A stretch of DNA of 64,000 nt from a bacterium (GTDB lineage: Bacteria > UBA8248), in NCBI GenBank assembly GCA_965202625.1, contig CBDBBI010000010.1, positions 1,345,489 through 1,409,488 on the forward strand. Reading direction: 5' to 3'. The position numbers and the translations under genes are program-made. The notes beneath the pieces are model-generated. The model was not told the origin of the DNA. It made no database searches and saw only the letters and a list, made by a program, of their open reading frames with translations. This document shows, in pieces, positions 9,024 through 18,606 of the stretch (positions within the stretch are counted from its first letter, which is position 1; each line of letters begins with the position of its first letter).

Positions 9024-10133
9024 CTAGTCCAACTCCTCCGGCGAAACCGGAAGCGCCATAGCCCGCCCCGTCTTGGCTGAACGATCCATCGCCAGACACA
9101 GCATCAGGTTCTCATGCGCCTCTTTCGCCGTGGCATGTGGCGTGGGGACGTCCATGTGGATTCTATCAAACCATGAGCGCGTCTCCTCGCGCATGGGCCC
9201 CCAGAGCTGATCAAACGCCACGTCTCCCGGCGGATAGCTCGTCAAGAAACTCACGCTCCGCTCCTCTTTCAAGCGCGCGGACTCATGCGGCGCCTCGGTG
9301 ACGAACACCATATCGCGGTGGGTGTCGTCTATCGTGAGCGCGCCCGCCGTCCCCACGATCCCCAGTTCGAGCGAATACACCTCCGCCGGCCAGACGCGCG
9401 GCAACGCCCAGCTCACGTTCATGCTCCATATCGTCCCGTCCTCATACGTGAGGATGGCGAACGTGGAATCCTTTGTGAGATACGGGGCCATCGCCTTGTC
9501 CACGGAACGCGCATACACCTCCACCGGGCGCAAGCCCTCCAGGAACCAGGCACACAGATCCACGCTGTGGGTGCCCGATATGACCATGGGGGTGAATTTT
9601 GTCGGGAATTCGGTTTTCGTGGAATTCGCCACCGGGTTCATGCGGTTCAGAAAGGCGCGGGCCGTGAGGGAGGAGACCTCGCCCAACGCGCCAGAGCGAA
9701 TCTTCTCCTTCGCCGCCAAGAAGCGGCGGCGGAACCTTTGCGTATAACCCACGACGACGTCCGCCCCCGCGTCTGCGAAAGCTTTCGCCAGTCGCGCGGA
9801 AACGCTGGCGTCCACCGCTAGAGGTTTTTCAATCAGCATCCGGTGGCCGCGCTCCGCACTTTCCAGAACCGGTTCAAGGCGTTCGTTGGCATAGGTGGCG
9901 AAAATGGCGCTGTTCACCTCATCGCGCCTCAGGAGCTCCCGATAGTCGGTGGTGAAAAAATCAGCCTCTACGTCCTCGGCGAGTTTTCGACCCGTTTTCT
10001 CATCCACGTCGCACAGCCCGATCCATTCGACCGCCGCGCTCTGGCGCGCGAATGACGCCCGAATGCGCCCAATCTTCCCACACCCCACCACCGCAAGGCC
10101 GATGGGCCTTCTCTTCCGGTTCAGCAAGTTCAT
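9024..10133 (-). CDS. Gfo/Idh/MocA-family oxidoreductase, paralogue B
   Basis: AVVGCGKIG, LIEKPLA, GYTQRF, ISGTH; collinear with paralogue A. Confidence 0.92.
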   Translation of the reverse strand: MNLLNRKRRPIGLAVVGCGKIGRIRASFARQSAAVEWIGLCDVDEKTGRKLAEDVEADFFTTDYRELLRRDEVNSAIFATYANERLEPVLESAERGHRMLIEKPLAVDASVSARLAKAFADAGADVVVGYTQRFRRRFLAAKEKIRSGALGEVSSLTARAFLNRMNPVANSTKTEFPTKFTPMVISGTHSVDLCAWFLEGLRPVEVYARSVDKAMAPYLTKDSTFAILTYEDGTIWSMNVSWALPRVWPAEVYSLELGIVGTAGALTIDDTHRDMVFVTEAPHESARLKEERSVSFLTSYPPGDVAFDQLWGPMREETRSWFDRIHMDVPTPHATAKEAHENLMLCLAMDRSAKTGRAMALPVSPEELD

Positions 10134-10463
10134 GGGATCTCACCTTATCGAGTGCGCATGAGCCGAAATTCAAGAGATCAAGCTTAGCACCACCTCGCCT
10201 GCCGAGCAAAGATTATCGCGGCTTCCAAAACTCTCGTTTCAGCCGCCAAAATACACTGGTGCCTCGAACATTGGGAGCCCCGAACGCATCCACGTAGCAA
10301 AAAACGTCGAGCGCACCTTACAGGTAAAAAAGCGAACAGGCTTTTCGTGCCTTCAGCCCTGAAAAGAGAGGATCACTACGCCGAAATCACGCGCGGATTT
10401 CGCTCGAAAACCGGACCACGGATAGAGGACAAAAAAACGGCCTGGTCGTTGAAAATATACTAG

Positions 10464-11915
10464 TCAATCATTGTCGCATTCGCCCGGCGTGGGCGTGGCG
10501 CCCGTTTTCGCCGTCTCAATGACGTGCGCGCGGCCGCCCAAACGCCCGATCAACGCCGCCTGATCGCGCTTCGCCCGCCTGTCTATCTCCTCAGGGTCGA
10601 GAATCGCCCGCAGGGCGTTCTCCATCTCGCGGATCAACGCTTGATTCTCCGGCCTGCCCGCGCCGTCATCCTGCTCCTCGGGGTCGTTTCCCAGATCGTA
10701 GAACTCGGGCGGATAACCCACGTAGTGAACGTATTTCGCGCGTCCCTTGCGTATAAGATAGGCTGCCGTCTCCGCGCCCGAGGCGTGGTATTCGCTGAAA
10801 ACGATCCTTTCCGAATCATAAAGGGCGCGCGCGATTCCGTAGAGCGAGCGGCCCGCGCGTCTTCTATCCTCCTCATCGGGCACAACGCCGAGCGACTCCA
10901 GAATGGTGGGATAGAAGTCCAGAAGCGAGACGGGCGTATCGACCACTCCGCCCGGCTCGACATCCGGCCCGGCCATCACGAGCGGCACGGCGGCCGATTC
11001 CTCATACATCGTCCCCTTGCCCCAGACGCCCCGGGCGCCCAGATTCTCGCCATGATCGCTCGTGAAGAAGACGCGGGTGGAACGCGCAAGGCCCGCGCGC
11101 CCCAGGCTCTCCAGCACGCGGCCGACCTGGGCGTCCAGAAAGGTGCAAAGGCCAAAATAAGAGGCGATGGCGATTCGCCTTTTTTGATCGTCGAAGAAGC
11201 TGTCTGATGGAACGTATTTTCGATACGCCTCTATCCAGGGATGCCGGGAGCGGCCGTCCAGGGCGTGCGGCTTGGGCAGGGGGACGGAGGCGGGCGGGTA
11301 CATGTCAAAATACGCCCGAGGCGCCATCAAGGGAAAATGCGGAGAGACGAAGGAGACGAAAGTCAGCCAGGGCTTGTCCCGATAATTTTGGGCGTCGTTC
11401 TCCAGCCATGCGCACGCCTTCTCGGCGATGTCGACGTCATACTTCGTATAGCTCGTCTCGCCCGGCCCGATCTCGCTCGCCAGTTTATCCGCCTTCTGAA
11501 CGATAAGCGCATCGCGGATGGAACCCAGCACGCTGCCCACGCCGCCGTCTCGCGCGTGCATGGGGATGATCTGCTCGTCAAAACCGGTGGGGTCCGAGGC
11601 GTTTCGGTAGTGGAGCTTGCCGATGGACGTGACGCGGTGGCCCGCCGCCTGCAGGCGATGCCCCCAGCCGAGGGGTTCTCCCGTATAAGGGCTCGCGTTG
11701 TCCCAATGGCCCGTCTCGTGTGCATATCGACCTGTGGAGAAGCTCGCCCGAGCGGCCGTGCAAATCGGGGAATTCGTATACGCGCTCGTAAACCGGACGC
11801 CTGCGGCCGCCAAACGGTCGACGTTCGGCGTTCTCACTATTGGATGCCCGTAACAGCCGAGCGTCCTGACGTTATGCTCATCCGACATGATGATGAGCAG
11901 GTTCATCGGCTCCAT
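10464..11915 (-). CDS. Formylglycine-type sulfatase (choline-sulfatase-like)
   Basis: IMSDEH, SPICTAARASFSTGR (CxAxR), IGKLH, FTSDHGENLG, YDLGNDPEE. Confidence 0.92.
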   Translation of the reverse strand: MEPMNLLIIMSDEHNVRTLGCYGHPIVRTPNVDRLAAAGVRFTSAYTNSPICTAARASFSTGRYAHETGHWDNASPYTGEPLGWGHRLQAAGHRVTSIGKLHYRNASDPTGFDEQIIPMHARDGGVGSVLGSIRDALIVQKADKLASEIGPGETSYTKYDVDIAEKACAWLENDAQNYRDKPWLTFVSFVSPHFPLMAPRAYFDMYPPASVPLPKPHALDGRSRHPWIEAYRKYVPSDSFFDDQKRRIAIASYFGLCTFLDAQVGRVLESLGRAGLARSTRVFFTSDHGENLGARGVWGKGTMYEESAAVPLVMAGPDVEPGGVVDTPVSLLDFYPTILESLGVVPDEEDRRRAGRSLYGIARALYDSERIVFSEYHASGAETAAYLIRKGRAKYVHYVGYPPEFYDLGNDPEEQDDGAGRPENQALIREMENALRAILDPEEIDRRAKRDQAALIGRLGGRAHVIETAKTGATPTPGECDND

Positions 11916-11979
11916 GTACAAGACTCCCCCAGTACCTCGTTCATCATTTCGCCTGAGGCGACCTGGAAACGCGCTCCCG

Positions 11980-12864
11980 TCACATGTGAGGCCATACGGG
12001 GTCCGTCCGGTTGTTCAGCGGACCGGAGGGGTGCTCCTCCAGATAGTCATAGACGTTGCCTAGTCCTCCCCTTCTCAGCATGGTGAGGCGCTCTCCCATG
12101 TGATCGTTGCTTTTGAGCGAAGTCGCATAGACCTCAAAAACCTTCTCCTGGACTTGCTCCCGGCTCAGTCCCTGGCTTTTCAAGGCCCTGACCTTGTCGA
12201 TCAGCGCATAGAGCTTTTCGCGCTGACGCGGTATCTCGTCTTTCCCGCAGGGTCGGCCGTGTCCGGGAACGAACCAGTCCACGTCCAGTGCCTCGAGCAT
12301 CGCCAGGGACTGGAACCAGCCCCACAGGTCGGCCGAGTGACACGCGACGTTGTAGGCGGGCGTGAGGTTGTCCGCCGTGAAGGCGACGCGATCCTCGACC
12401 GCGTGGACGATAGTTTGTCCCCGCGTGTGACCGGGAGAATGGATGAGGATGAACGTCTTGCCGCCTAGACGAATCGTCATCCGCTCCTTGTAGGTGATGT
12501 CGGGGGGCAGCAGCTCGAAACCATTCAGTAGCGCCTCGCTCCCCGGATCGTATTTGCACATGCGCTCCTTGCCCTCCTCCGCCGTGGCGATGGAGGCGTA
12601 GAAATCCGCGGCCGTGATTTCGCTCGAAACTATCGTCTCCGGCCGCAGGAACCAGTTGCCCGCGATGTGATCCTGGTGATGCTCGGTGTTGACGAGGTAG
12701 CGAAGCGGGCCCTTTCCCTTGATGAAATCGCGCCAGGCGAGAGCCTCTGAAGGCCGCATGGGCCCATCTACGGCAACCACGCCGGCATCGGTCGTCACCA
12801 TGCCCACCGTCGGATAGCAGTCATAATAAAAGACGCTTTGGGTCAATTTTTCCATTTCGTCCAT
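11980..12864 (-). CDS. MBL-fold metallo-hydrolase (cyclase-like)
   Basis: NTEHHQDHIAGN, SPGHT, FTAD, VPGHG. Confidence 0.88.
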   Translation of the reverse strand: MDEMEKLTQSVFYYDCYPTVGMVTTDAGVVAVDGPMRPSEALAWRDFIKGKGPLRYLVNTEHHQDHIAGNWFLRPETIVSSEITAADFYASIATAEEGKERMCKYDPGSEALLNGFELLPPDITYKERMTIRLGGKTFILIHSPGHTRGQTIVHAVEDRVAFTADNLTPAYNVACHSADLWGWFQSLAMLEALDVDWFVPGHGRPCGKDEIPRQREKLYALIDKVRALKSQGLSREQVQEKVFEVYATSLKSNDHMGERLTMLRRGGLGNVYDYLEEHPSGPLNNRTDPVWPHM

Positions 12865-12897
12865 TTCCCCCGAATCACGGCCGGCAAGACGCCTCCG

Positions 12898-13791
12898 CTA
12901 ATCACCGGCGAGCCCCGCCTCGCGCTCGAACCACTCGCGTATGACACCTTGGTCGAAACGTCCGAATCCTAAGTCCATCGCCCCTTCGTAGGCCTTGCGC
13001 ACCGCGTCGGTCAGCGGAGTGGGCGCGCCGTTCGAGCGTGCGAACTGCTGAATCAGTCCCAAATCCTTGTGCATGAGGGACAAGGCGAATTTCACAGGTT
13101 CGTATTCCTTGTTTCTCAGGCCCCAGCCTCGGGTGTTCATCACGCGAAACACCGTGCTCGCATAAAGATATTCCATCGTCTTGTCCGGGTCGAGACCCGC
13201 CTTCACGCCAAGGGTGAACGCTTCCGCCAAGGCGCAAAGCTGACATGAGACGAGCTGGTTCGTGAGCAGTTTCATCCTCAAACCTGCACCGTTGGCGCCA
13301 AAATAATCAAGCAACGCGCACACGCTGTCCAGCACCGCGCGGTGGGCGTCCAGAATCTCCTTCTCGCCCCCCACCATGAGACCGATTTTCGCGTCTCGGG
13401 CGATAATCGCGTTTCCGCTGACGGGGGTGTCCAGAAAATGAAAGCCGCGCCGCGCCGCCTCCTTCGCGATCGCGACGCTCTCATCGGGCAAAATGGTGGA
13501 AAAATCAAAGCAAACGGCCCCCTCGTTGGCGGTGAGCAGAGCGCCGCTATCACCCAGATAGGCATCGCGCGCATGCACACCCGTGGGAAGCGAACTGCAA
13601 ACGTAATCCGCCCCCCGGGCCGCCTTTGCGGGAGAGTCAAAAACGGATATCCCCGTCTCTTTCGCCGCCTCTTGCGCCGACGGGCTCGGGTCGTGACCCA
13701 GCACCTCGAAACCAGCCTTCAGCAGATTGACGGCCAGGGCGCCCCCCATGTTGCCCAGGCCCAAAAACGCGATTCTCGCGGACAAATCCAC
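12898..13791 (-). CDS. NAD(P)-dependent beta-hydroxyacid dehydrogenase (3-hydroxyisobutyrate/tartronate-semialdehyde reductase family)
   Basis: FLGLGNMGG, FLDTPVSG, MKLLTNQL, MHKDLGL. Confidence 0.92.
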   Translation of the reverse strand: MDLSARIAFLGLGNMGGALAVNLLKAGFEVLGHDPSPSAQEAAKETGISVFDSPAKAARGADYVCSSLPTGVHARDAYLGDSGALLTANEGAVCFDFSTILPDESVAIAKEAARRGFHFLDTPVSGNAIIARDAKIGLMVGGEKEILDAHRAVLDSVCALLDYFGANGAGLRMKLLTNQLVSCQLCALAEAFTLGVKAGLDPDKTMEYLYASTVFRVMNTRGWGLRNKEYEPVKFALSLMHKDLGLIQQFARSNGAPTPLTDAVRKAYEGAMDLGFGRFDQGVIREWFEREAGLAGD

Positions 13792-13796
13792 CCTCC

Positions 13797-14882
13797 CTAA
13801 ACGCCATATTTTCGTATGGCTTCCTTCGTGAACTCCATCCCGTGTCCGGGGGTGGCGGGAACCTCTATGTGGCCACCTGAGACGGAGAAATCATGGGTCA
13901 GAGTCCCCGGAGGCAACATTTCCACGTATTCCGCCATGTAGCCGCTCGGCGTTGCGGCGATGAGGCTCACGGACACCTCCTGAAGCAAATGGCTACAAAG
14001 CGAGAGATTGTAAGCCTCCGCTAGGTGGGCAACTTTGCGAAATTCCGTCACGCCGCCGCAGCGTCCCACGTCAGGCTGGAGAAACGAAGCCGCCCGTCTC
14101 TCGCAAATTTCCCGAAAACCCCAGCGCATGTAAGCGTTTTCCCCGGCGGCGATGGGCGTCAGACTTATTCGCGCCACCTCCGCCAGACCGTCCACGGAGT
14201 CCGCCAGCACCGGCTCCTCAAACCATCTTACGTCGTATTCGGCGAGCATGGCGGCCACCTCCAAAGCCTCGCGCGGGGTGTATTTCTGGTTCGCGTCCGC
14301 GAACAAAACCACCCTCTCGCCCATCTCTTTTCTCAGAACGCGGATTCGCTCCTCGTCCCGATCCAATCCCAGTTTCAGCTTGTATGCGCCGATTCCCTTC
14401 TCCATGAACCCCCAACATTCATCCACCATCTCCTCATCCGTGAGCGTGAGCCATCCACCGCTGCCATACACGGGCGCCTTGCTTCTGAATCCACCCAAGA
14501 TTCGACAGAGCGGCGCACCCGCCGCCTTGGCGAGCGCGTCCCAACAGGCAGTATCGACGGCGGACAACGCCTGGAGCCCTAGGCCGCCGCGCATCCTCGC
14601 CTTGTTCGGTGCCCAAAGACGCCGCCAAAGGGCTTCAGGAGCCAGCGCGTCCTGCCCCACGGCCAGCGGCTCCAGTTCCTTCTCTACATAAGGAACGAGC
14701 GCGGTTGAGGCTTCTCCCCCCAAACCCATCACGAAGCCGCAACCGATCGGACCATCCTCGGTGTGAAGAAAAACCAGCAGATAATCCAGCGTCGTTTTCG
14801 CGCTGTTCGCGCTTCCTATCGGGCGGGCCAAAGGCACTTTGGCGGATTTCGCCTCTATTCTCGTGATTTTCAGTCCAGCCAC
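13797..14882 (-). CDS. Mandelate racemase/muconate lactonising (enolase superfamily) enzyme, probable acid-sugar dehydratase
   Basis: YKLKLG (KxK), FADAN, WFEEP, AAGEN, LQPDVGRCGG, CSH, PATPGHG. Confidence 0.92.
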   Translation of the reverse strand: MAGLKITRIEAKSAKVPLARPIGSANSAKTTLDYLLVFLHTEDGPIGCGFVMGLGGEASTALVPYVEKELEPLAVGQDALAPEALWRRLWAPNKARMRGGLGLQALSAVDTACWDALAKAAGAPLCRILGGFRSKAPVYGSGGWLTLTDEEMVDECWGFMEKGIGAYKLKLGLDRDEERIRVLRKEMGERVVLFADANQKYTPREALEVAAMLAEYDVRWFEEPVLADSVDGLAEVARISLTPIAAGENAYMRWGFREICERRAASFLQPDVGRCGGVTEFRKVAHLAEAYNLSLCSHLLQEVSVSLIAATPSGYMAEYVEMLPPGTLTHDFSVSGGHIEVPATPGHGMEFTKEAIRKYGV

Positions 14883-14935
14883 CCTTCACGCCTCTCTGAC
14901 GTTGAACGAATCCCCTGGTGCCCAAATATGCGACG

Positions 14936-14974
14936 AAGGCTGCGGAGACCTCTCCACGGCGCCTCCGCAGCCTT
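14936..14974. other. Intercistronic perfect 12-bp inverted repeat (mRNA-stabilising or attenuating hairpin)
   Basis: AAGGCTGCGGAG (14936-14947) / CTCCGCAGCCTT (14963-14974), 15-nt loop, no U-tract on the coding strand. Confidence 0.75.
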
Positions 14975-14995
14975 GAAAATTACGCCCCATGCGCC

Positions 14996-16000
14996 TTAGT
15001 TCATGCTGGCCAGCGCCTTTTCGAGCGGGCCTCTCTCGATGCCCTCGCCTCCCGCAAAATCCGGCAGGCGACGAATCTTGCCCCGACCCTTTTGCACCTT
15101 GGCGGTCGCGTCAAGCGCGTTGATGATGCGCGGGGTGATCTTGTACAAGGGGCGCACTACGCTGACGGAGCGCCTGGCGATGGAATAATCGATCTTGCGG
15201 CCCTTCGACACCAGCCACTTGTGATAGACCTTGGCGAACTTCTCGGGGTCCTTTTTCCAAAGCTGCGCGGATTTGAGGTAGGCGCGCAGATACTTCACCA
15301 CCCCCTCCGGGTTGTTTTTCAGAGTCCTGGGGTTGGCAAGCTCAATAAAGATCATGGCCGGCGGATTGTCATATTTGCAGTAATCGACGATGGGCCGGCC
15401 CCATTTCTCATCCGAGATGCGAAACGACGTGGGCGCACCGATGACCATGGCCGACACCACTTTCGCCCTGTAAGCAGACAGGCGCTCCGCCGTGGTTGTG
15501 TTCATGATCTTGAGGTCGCGCGGCTTCATGCCGAATGCGGGCAAAATGCTGTTGTCCAGCACAAAGTGCGTGGACGTGCCCTTTTTCTCGGCGATGGTCT
15601 TGCCCTTGAGATCGGCCACCGTCTTGATCGGGGAATCCAGCGGAACCCATATCGAGATGGACTTGCACCAAGAGGAACTGACGGAAATCATCGTCAGCCC
15701 CGCCCTTTTGGCCACGCCGTCCACGAAGGGGCGCGTAGCGCCGTGGCCCACGTCGAGGCTGCGCGAGAGCAAGGCTTCGATGACGAGCTTGCCTTGCGGG
15801 AAAACCTTGACCGACCAATTGCCCTTTCCGAATTCTTCATCGAAATAGCCCATACCCATGGCAACCGCCGTGAAAGAGCCGAACGTCTGGCGGTGCATCC
15901 CGATGCGGAATTTGGCCGCCAGAGCGTCAGTGACCGGCAAACTGACGAACATGAAGCTCAAAGCGAGCATCAGCCCCAGAAACCCCATGCGCTTTCTCAT
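14996..16000 (-). CDS. ABC-type substrate-binding protein, SsuA/NMT1-like (start re-assigned to ATG 16000)
   Basis: Signal peptide MRKRMGFLGLMLALSF...ALA, DLKGKTIAEKKGTSTHF; AGGAG RBS. Confidence 0.85.
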   Translation of the reverse strand: MRKRMGFLGLMLALSFMFVSLPVTDALAAKFRIGMHRQTFGSFTAVAMGMGYFDEEFGKGNWSVKVFPQGKLVIEALLSRSLDVGHGATRPFVDGVAKRAGLTMISVSSSWCKSISIWVPLDSPIKTVADLKGKTIAEKKGTSTHFVLDNSILPAFGMKPRDLKIMNTTTAERLSAYRAKVVSAMVIGAPTSFRISDEKWGRPIVDYCKYDNPPAMIFIELANPRTLKNNPEGVVKYLRAYLKSAQLWKKDPEKFAKVYHKWLVSKGRKIDYSIARRSVSVVRPLYKITPRIINALDATAKVQKGRGKIRRLPDFAGGEGIERGPLEKALASMN

Positions 16001-16201
16001 CTCTTTTCTCCTCTGGGAAAGAAAATACGTGAAACGACTTAAGAGACAGCGAAACAACTGCCTGAAGTCATGGATGAGGGAAGTATGCCACAGACGCGCC
16101 TTCATAACATCAAGCCCATCACGTCAAGAGGAAAGGGTGATGCCGCCAAACCATTCTGTGGTGCTCAGGCCAAGCCGCCCGTCCGGAATGAGGACGCGGG
16201 C

Positions 16202-17017
16202 TCAAAGCCGCATCAAATCCTCCCCGGCGATGACGGGGCCGTCGAAATAGTGGGTTATCGCCCCCCTCACCCGCTCATCTGGTGCCAGAGGAGGAACGAC
16301 GTGGGAGAATACGAGCTTGCCTACGCCGGCGCGCGCGGCCGTCCTTCCCACCTCCTCCGCCGTGGCGTGATGGGCCGCCACAATCCTCGCCGTTGCGCTA
16401 AACCCGCCAAAATTCTCGTCTATCAGCTCCGGAATGCAGGGGTGCATCACCAGAACGTCCGCTCCTTTGGCGAAGGGGATGAACGCCTCCGTGGGACTGC
16501 CGTCGCTCGCGATGACGATTTTTCTTCCCTCCGCCTCAAACGAATAGGAGAGGATATCATCCACGTTGCCGTGGCGCGTGCCCCTCTCGGCGCGGACCTC
16601 GATGCCATCCACGTTGAGCGAATCGCCCGGCGCGAGGGTGGATACCTCAATTTCAGCCCCGTCTCTGGGTTTCCCCTCGCCTACTCTGAGAGTGATGTCG
16701 TATTCATAATAAAGGAGCATACGCTCGACTATACTCTGAACGGGCAAGGGACCATAGACCTTGAGGGGCGACGCCCCGCCCATGATCCACCGGGAGAGGA
16801 AAAATTCGCCAAATCCCGTATAGTGATCAGAGTGAAAATGCGTGAAGAACAGATGGTTCACTCCCCTGACGTGAAAGCCCGCCTTGACTATCTGGGTCGC
16901 GGCGTGCCGAGCGGCATCGACCAGATAGAGTTCTCCGCCCTTGACGATCGCGTTGCACGGGCCGCTTTTCTCAGGGGTCGGCGGCGGGGCTCCCACGCCC
17001 AGAAGAATGAGATCCAC
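16202..17017 (-). CDS. MBL-fold hydrolase, RNase Z / AtsA-like arylsulfatase subfamily
   Basis: LLGVGAPPP, FFTHFHSDH, VYGP, IASDG, HHAT, LVFSH. Confidence 0.85.
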   Translation of the reverse strand: MDLILLGVGAPPPTPEKSGPCNAIVKGGELYLVDAARHAATQIVKAGFHVRGVNHLFFTHFHSDHYTGFGEFFLSRWIMGGASPLKVYGPLPVQSIVERMLLYYEYDITLRVGEGKPRDGAEIEVSTLAPGDSLNVDGIEVRAERGTRHGNVDDILSYSFEAEGRKIVIASDGSPTEAFIPFAKGADVLVMHPCIPELIDENFGGFSATARIVAAHHATAEEVGRTAARAGVGKLVFSHVVPPLAPDERVRGAITHYFDGPVIAGEDLMRL

Positions 17018-17210
17018 AACCGTTTCTCCCCTTCATCAAAGCGTCCGCACATCCAGGAGACGACCCCTTGAGGGGGTTCTCCTCGCCTGGCAGGTTCTCG
17101 CGCACGCTGGGCGAAACGAGGCGCGCCTTGCTGGGCCGCACTCCCGTAAGGTATCCTGTGATCGATAGGAAGATTCTCGCGCATGACGTCTAAAAAAGAA
17201 AGCGGCTGCT

Positions 17211-18077
17211 ATGCATCGTCTCTCTGAGCATCTCTATGCGGAGACCGCCTACGACTGGGCGAACGTGGGCGCCGCCGTCACGGAAAACGGTATCCTCCTC
17301 CTTGATTGTCCGGTGCGGCCAAGCGATTCGCGCGCATGGCAAAAGGAAATTTCTCTCCTAAGCCCGCTGGGAACGCGCTACCTCATCGCCACGGACTATC
17401 ACGGCGACCACACCACGGGCGCGGCGTTCATTGAGGGGGAGCCGCACTTCATCGCCCCCCAGCGCGTCTATGATGAAATCGCCAAGGGCGAGGACGCCTT
17501 CTCCAGAGAAATTTTTGTGGAGACGCTTCGCGACCAGGGGCTTTCGGAGGAGGCGGATAAAATCGCGCGCGCCGTCGTCCCGCTTCCGCAGTTTTGCTTC
17601 AAGGAAAACCTCACCCTGCGCCTGCCGCCTCTCACGTTCGAGATTTACCAAAAGGGCGGCCACTCCCCCGCCTGCTCTTCCGTTCTCGTGCCCGAGGAGG
17701 GCGTGCTCTTCTCGGGCGACGTCGTCATCAACGGCCCCTCGGCAGGGATGCGCGACGCCCACGTGGGCGAGTGGATAGAAGCCCTCGCCTGGGTGGAGGG
17801 TCTGGATATTGACGTCATCGTTCCCGGCCATGGCGAAATATGCGGCAAGGCGGCGGCGAGGGAACTCAGAGAGCGCCTGCGCGGGATGGTGGAGATCATG
17901 ACCGAGGCGCTTGCCGCCGGAAAACAAAAGAAGGAAGCGGTGGCGGATGGGAAGTTTCTCAAGTATTTTCACGCCGACGACGCGCTTGGCGCATATTGGC
18001 GCAAGCAACGCGAGGACACGTTCCGAGAAGGGCTCGAGCGCCTGTATAATGAGGTGGTCGCCAGCGCGGGAGAGTAG
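17211..18077 (+). CDS. MBL-fold metallo-hydrolase (cyclase-like)
   Basis: ATDYHGDHTTG, GGHSP, LFSGD, VPGHG. Confidence 0.88.
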   Translation: MHRLSEHLYAETAYDWANVGAAVTENGILLLDCPVRPSDSRAWQKEISLLSPLGTRYLIATDYHGDHTTGAAFIEGEPHFIAPQRVYDEIAKGEDAFSREIFVETLRDQGLSEEADKIARAVVPLPQFCFKENLTLRLPPLTFEIYQKGGHSPACSSVLVPEEGVLFSGDVVINGPSAGMRDAHVGEWIEALAWVEGLDIDVIVPGHGEICGKAAARELRERLRGMVEIMTEALAAGKQKKEAVADGKFLKYFHADDALGAYWRKQREDTFREGLERLYNEVVASAGE

Positions 18078-18113
18078 CGCCAATTCCTTCATCCACCCAG
18101 AAAGGACAGCGCG

Positions 18114-18554
18114 ATGAGAGTAGAGGAAAAAAGGCTAGGCCGCGTCTTTCGGGTCACGCTCGAGGCGGGAGATCGGTTCTATGAGAATCTGACCCGCCTC
18201 GTGAAGGAAAAAAACATTCGGGCGGGTTCGGTTTTTCTCATCGGCGCCCTTTCCGAGACGCAGATGATCTCCGGCTTCAGGAGCATGGAAGGATACGACG
18301 TCGACCGCCTTCGCCTCGATGGCTGGCGCGAGCTCGTCGCTCTGGGAAACATCACCTGGCCAGACGATGCGCCCGCCGCCCTGGGCGACGCGCAGTGGGA
18401 TGCGCCCCAGCCTTACGTCCACGTCCACATGGCAATCAGCGGCGGGCCGGGTGCGCCGGAAGAAGTTCTGGCGGGACACCTGAGCGACGGCGTCATCAAG
18501 GGTGGCATGATCGTCGAAATCTATGAACACCTGGACGCCCCTTCCAGCTCATGA
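18114..18554 (+). CDS. PPC-domain (DUF296) protein
   Basis: FLIGALS, ELVALGNI, HVHMAIS, AGHL zinc-binding pattern. Confidence 0.85.
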   Translation: MRVEEKRLGRVFRVTLEAGDRFYENLTRLVKEKNIRAGSVFLIGALSETQMISGFRSMEGYDVDRLRLDGWRELVALGNITWPDDAPAALGDAQWDAPQPYVHVHMAISGGPGAPEEVLAGHLSDGVIKGGMIVEIYEHLDAPSSS

Positions 18555-18606
18555 TGATCCGCCCCGCTTCATCGGCGCCCAGCGCCGTTTCCAACAGGAT
18601 GAGACG

